64,000 nt of DNA from Anaeramoeba ignava BMAN. Taxonomy: Eukaryota > Protista > Anaeramoebae. Shown here piece by piece: positions 58,573-64,000 of this stretch (position 1 is the stretch's first letter; each line of letters opens with the position of its first letter). The DNA lies in contig JAPDFW010000093.1 in assembly GCA_028826165.1 (NCBI GenBank), positions 220,622-284,621 of the forward strand, written 5' to 3'. The position numbers were made by a program, and so were the translations under genes. The notes beneath the pieces were generated by a model, which was not told the origin of the DNA, did no database searches, and saw nothing but the letters and a program-made list of their open reading frames with translations.

Positions 58573-60592
58573 TTAAACTTTGTGTGAAACAGTTGTTTTT
58601 GTTTTTGTATTATTTTTTATATCAACATTCATTTTTTCATCAGGAACAAATCCAAGTTGAGCACCAACATTTATACCTTTTTTTTTGAGAGAGAAAAATA
58701 TATTATATATATTAATATAAATAAATTTAATTAAATTTAAATTTTCTAAAAAAAAATCAATTTTTATAAATAATAGAAAACACACCATGTTCATCAGCAA
58801 CTTTTTGAATTAAAGTATCAACTTCATCTGTTGGGATCATTGTTGAAGTTGATGAATCCATTGATTGCTCTAATTAATTTTTAATTTTTTAATTTTTGAA
58901 ATAAATTTATAAATAATTTTGTAAATAAATTTGTAAATAAATTTGTAAATAAATTTGTAAATAAATTTGTAAATAAATTTGTAAATAAATTTGTAAATAA
59001 ATTTGAAATAAATTTGTAAATAAATTTGAAATAAATTTATAAATAAATTTGTAAATAATTTTGTAAATAATTTTGTAAATAATTTTGTAAATAATTTTGT
59101 AAATAATTTCGTAAATAATTTTGTAAATAAATTTGTAAATAAATTTATAAATAAATTTATAAATAATTTTGTAAATAAATTTGTAAATAAATTTATAAAT
59201 AAATTTATAAATAAATTTATAAATAATTTTGTAAATAAATTTTGTAAATAAATTTATAAATAAATTTGTAAATAAATTTATAAATAAATTTATAAATAAA
59301 ATAAATTTGTAAATAAATTTATAAATAAATTTATAAATAAATTTATAAATAATTTTGTAAATAAATTTGTAAATAAATTTATAAATAAATTTATAAATAA
59401 ATTTGTAAATAAATTTTGTAAATAAATTTGTAAATAATTTCGTAAATAATTTGTTGGAAATAAATTGTGGAATGATTTACCCATTCCAGTTGAAAGAACA
59501 TCAATATCTTCAAATTGTTTTTCAAATTGATCCATTACAAGTGTCATCTATTTTAATCATCAAATAAAATTATTTAATTGAAATTAAAATTATTTTAAAT
59601 TATTTTACCTTTGCAAGATCCATGTTTTTTGAGCTTTCACCCATTGCTTTAACAACACCACCCATTGATTGAGATAACTAAATTGATTTAAATATTAATT
59701 TAAATATTAATTTAAATATTTGATTTGAATATTAATTTAAATATTAATTTGAATATTAATTTAAATATTAATTTAAATATTAATTTAAATATTAATTTAA
59801 ATATTAATTTAAATATTAATTTAAATATTAATTTAAATATTAATTTAAATATTAATTTAAATATTAATTTAAATATTAATTTAAATATTAATTTAAATAT
59901 TAATTTAAATATTAATTTAAATATTAATTTAAATATTAATTTAAATATTAATTTAAATATTAATTTAAATATTAATTTAAATATTAATTTAAATATTAAT
60001 TTAAATATTAATTTAAATATTAATTCAAATTTACTTTTCCCATTTGAACTGCTGTTTGAATTTTTGCACAAACTCCATCTAATCTACTTGCAAGAGCAAG
60101 ATCTTTTTTTATAGAAAATAAATTAAACAAAAAACAGAAAATGGGTTTTTAACATAAAAAAATTTCAAAAAATAAACAAAATAAAAAGAATTTTTACAAT
60201 TCATTGCTTGTTTTTTTTGTCGAATACTAGAAATTAAAATTAAAATTAAAATTAAAATTAATATTAAAATTAAAATTAAAATTAAAATTAAAATTAAAAT
60301 TAAAATTAAAATAAAAATTAAAATTAAAATAAAAATTAAAATTAAACCTGTTTTGTCCATAAATTCTTGCTCCTTCAACATTTCCTTTTTCAACAGCCTT
60401 TTTTAACAATAGTTTTTGTTTTTTTTCTTCTTTCTCACATCTCTTACTTTGACGAACAAGTGTTTTTGCTGTAAATTTAAGTTGAAATAAATAATCTATT
60501 TTCAAAATGAAAATTTTTATAAAAAAAATTTATTCTTTTTTAAATAATTTCAAAATAATTTATAATTAATTAATTAAATAGTTACTTTCCAT
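58573..60592 (-). CDS. CHMP1: ESCRT-III-associated CHMP1/Did2/Vps46 (8 exons)
   Basis: Spliced product MENYLFQLKFTAKTLVRQSKRCEKEEKKQK...[33 protein letters not shown]...MGGVVKAM...VMDQFEKQFEDIDV...DEVDTLIQKVADEHG. Confidence 0.92.
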
Positions 60593-61014
60593 TAAAATAA
60601 AAAATGAAAAAATAATAAAAAAGAAAAGGAAAAAAAAAATGAAAATTAAAATTTTTAGAAAATTAAATTTTTTTTCCGAATTAAATTTTAAATTAAATTT
60701 TTAATTTATTATTATTAAAAAATTTAATTAAAATAAAAAAAAGGGAAAAAAACTTAATAAAATTAAAAGAATTTTCTTAAATTTCATGTTAAGTAAAATT
60801 TTAAATAAAAAAAAATTACTAATTTTAACAAAGAATTATTTAAAAAAAATTTTTTTTCTCATTTTCATAATAAAAAACAAAAATAAAAGTTCCAATAATA
60901 AAAAACAAATAAGAAAAAACAATTAAAAAAAATTATTAAAAAAAAACTTTTTCCTTTTTTTCATTTTAAATTTTCATTTTTTTACTTTATTCTTTTTCTT
61001 TTTCAAATAATAAA

Positions 61015-61239
61015 ATGGAAACAAATATTAAAGTTAAAACAATTAAAGGTCAAACATTTGATTTTTCTTTACCAAACACAGCAACAATATTAGAAGTTAA
61101 AAAAAAAATTGAAGAGAAATGGAATTATGAACCTGATGGTCAAAAAATCATTTATAAAGGCCGTCTTCTTACTGATAATGTTCAAGTTCATGAACTTAAT
61201 CTTGGTGCAAAAGACTTTTTCGTTGTTACTTATAAAAAA
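61015..61239 (+). CDS. RAD23: RAD23-like protein, exon 1 (UBL domain); gene continues beyond the window
   Basis: 'IKVKTIKGQTF...TILEVKKKIE...GQKIIYKGRLLTD...KDFFVV', followed by a GT donor at 61240. Confidence 0.7.
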
Positions 61240-61249
61240 GTATTTATTT

Positions 61250-64000
61250 TTAAAATTAAAATTAAAATTAAAATCTAAATCTAAATCTAAATCTAAATCT
61301 AAATCTAAATATAAATATAAATATAAATATAAATATAAATATAAATATAAATATAAATATAAATATAAATATAAATATAAATATAAATATAAATATAAAT
61401 ATAAATATAAATATAAATATAAATATAAATATAAATATAAATATAAATATAAAATATAAATATAAATATAAATCATATAAATATAAATATAAATATAAAT
61501 CTAAATATAAATATGAAATATAAATATAAATATAAATATAAATATAAATATAAATACGCAAATATAAATATAAATATAAATATAAATATAAATATAAATA
61601 TAAATATAAATATAAATATAAATATAAATATAAATATAAATATAAATATAAATATAAAATATAAATATAAATATAAATATAAAATATAAATATAAATATA
61701 AATATAAATATAAATATCAATATAAATATTATAAATATAAATATAAATATAAAAATAAATATAAATCTAAATCTAAATATGAAATATAAATATAAATATA
61801 AATATAAATATAAATATAAAAATAAATATAAAATATAAAATATAAATACAAATATAAATAAAAATATATAAATAAATATAGTATGAATATATATGAAATA
61901 TAAATATAAATATAAATATAAATATAAAATAAATATAAATATAAATATAAATATAAATAAATAAATAAATATAAATATAAATATAAATATAAATATAAAT
62001 ATGTTAAATATAAATATAAATATAAATATAAATATAAATATAAATATAAAAATATAAATATGAAATATAAAATAAACATAAATATAAATATAAAATATAA
62101 ATATATAAATATAAATATAAATATAAATATAAATATAAAATATAAAAATATAAATATAAATATAAATATAAAATATAAAATATAAATATAAAATATAAAT
62201 ATAAATATAAAATATAAATATAAATATAAATATATAAATATAAATATGTAAATATAAATATAAATATATATAAATATAAAAATATAAATATAAATATAAA
62301 TATAAAATATAAATATAAATATAAATATATAAATATAAATATAAATATAAATATAAATATAAATATAAATATAAAAATATAAAAAGTATAAATATAAATA
62401 TAAAATATAAACAAATATAAATATAAATATAAAAATATAAAATAAAAATATAAAATAAATATAAAATATAAAATATAAATATAAATATAAATATAAATAT
62501 AAATATAAATAAAATCTAAATCTAAATATAAATATCTAAATCTAAATATAAATATAAATATAAATATAAATATAAAATATAAAAATATAAATATAAATAT
62601 AAATATAAAATATAAAATAAATATAAATATAAATATAAATATAAATATAAATATAAAATATAAATATAAATATAAATATAAATATAAATATAAATATAAA
62701 AATATAAATATAAATATAAATATAAATATAAATATAAATATATAAATATAAATATAAAATATAAATATAAATAAAATATAAATATAAATATAAATTTAAA
62801 TATATAAATATAAATATAAATATAAATATGAAATATAAATAAATATAAAATATAAATATAAAATATAAATATAAATATAAAATATAAATATATAAAATAT
62901 ATAAATATAAATATAAATATAAATATAAATATGAATATAAATATAAATATAAATATAAATATAAATATAAAATATAAATATAAATATAAAAATATAAATA
63001 TAAAAATATAAATATAAATATTTAAATAAATATAAATATAAATATAAATATAAATATAAATATAAATATATAAATATAAATATAAATATAAAATATAAAT
63101 ATAAATATAAATATTTAAATATGAAATATAAATATAAATATAAAAATATAAATATAAATATAAAATAAATTAAAAATATAAAATATAAATATAAATATAA
63201 ATATAAATATAAATATAAATATAAATATAAAATGAAAAAATAAATATAAAATATAAATATAAATATAAAATATAAATATAAATATAAATATAAAATATAA
63301 AATATAAATATAAATATAAAATAAAAATAAAATATAAATATAAATATAAATATAAATATAAAAATATAAATAATATAAATATAAATATAAATATAAATAT
63401 AAAAATATAAATATAAATATAAATATAAAAATATAAATATAAATATAAAAATAAATATAAATATAAATATGAAATATAAAATATAAAATATAAATATAAA
63501 ATATAAATATAAATATAAATATAAATATAAATATAAAATACAAAATATAAATATAAAATATAAATATAAATATAAATGTAAATATAAATATAAATATATA
63601 AAATGTATAAATATGAAATATAAATATAAAATATAAATATAAATAAATAAAACATATAAATATAAAAATAAATGAAATATAAATATAAATATAAAATAAA
63701 AAATATAAATATAAATATAAATATAATTTATAAATATATATGATATAAAATATATAAAAATATAAATAAAAAAATATAAAATATACAAAATATAAATATA
63801 AATATAAATATAAATATAAATATTTAAAATGAAATACAAATATAAAATATAAATATAAAATATAAATATAAAATATATAAATATAAAATATAAATATGAA
63901 ATATAAAATATATAAAATATAAAAATAAAATGTAAATATAATTATAGATCTAAAATATAAATATGGAAATATAAAATATATCAATATAAAATATAAAATA
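61250..64000. repeat. >2.7 kb (AAATAT)n microsatellite filling the first intron of the RAD23-like gene
   Basis: Directly visible; runs to the window end. Confidence 0.9.

Noticed and set aside
61250-64000. Terminal (AAATAT)n tract as a telomere
   Set aside because: It begins right after a GT donor of the RAD23-like exon, is degenerate and lacks a G-rich strand. It is best read as an expanded intron.

Overview
Extremely AT-rich eukaryotic genomic DNA from a protist. It has spliceosomal GT-AG introns, the standard genetic code, ENENE/QIEN coding microsatellites and expanded BTB families, which suggests a free-living metamonad such as Anaeramoeba (inference only). I can support about 20 protein genes: an FtsX-type permease, an RGS-DH-PH-MORN protein, 2 BTB-BACK-TLDc, 2 actins, 4 full and 1 truncated RCC1-BTB paralogs, a VIT-vWA-Hsp70(SBD) fusion, Tra2, a CELF-like protein, an actin-related protein, RPL37, a WDR5-like protein, a CH-(PH-like)x~13 protein, a stand-alone HECT, glomulin, CHMP1 and RAD23 exon 1. 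There is also one Mutator-like transposon with perfect 71-bp TIRs. Scattered single-base frameshifts, mostly in homopolymers or repeats, look like long-read consensus errors. Main findings: (1) two consecutive 3-nt micro-exons that restore the conserved vWA 'FTFGIG' motif; (2) their host gene fuses VIT-vWA to an ATPase-less Hsp70 substrate-binding domain ending in PSIDEVD; (3) a tandem RCC1-BTB array whose variation is concentrated at propeller-surface positions and shuffled between copies, a candidate diversified recognition/Cullin-3 adaptor system; (4) three AT-rich tandem arrays with a 144-147 bp (nucleosome-core-length) period, upstream of actin, actin and RPL37; (5) a TTTTCATTTT Inr-like motif before nearly every gene, identical to the antisense of the EN codon repeat and apparently co-opted at a rearrangement junction; (6) poly-A rather than polypyrimidine 3' splice sites.
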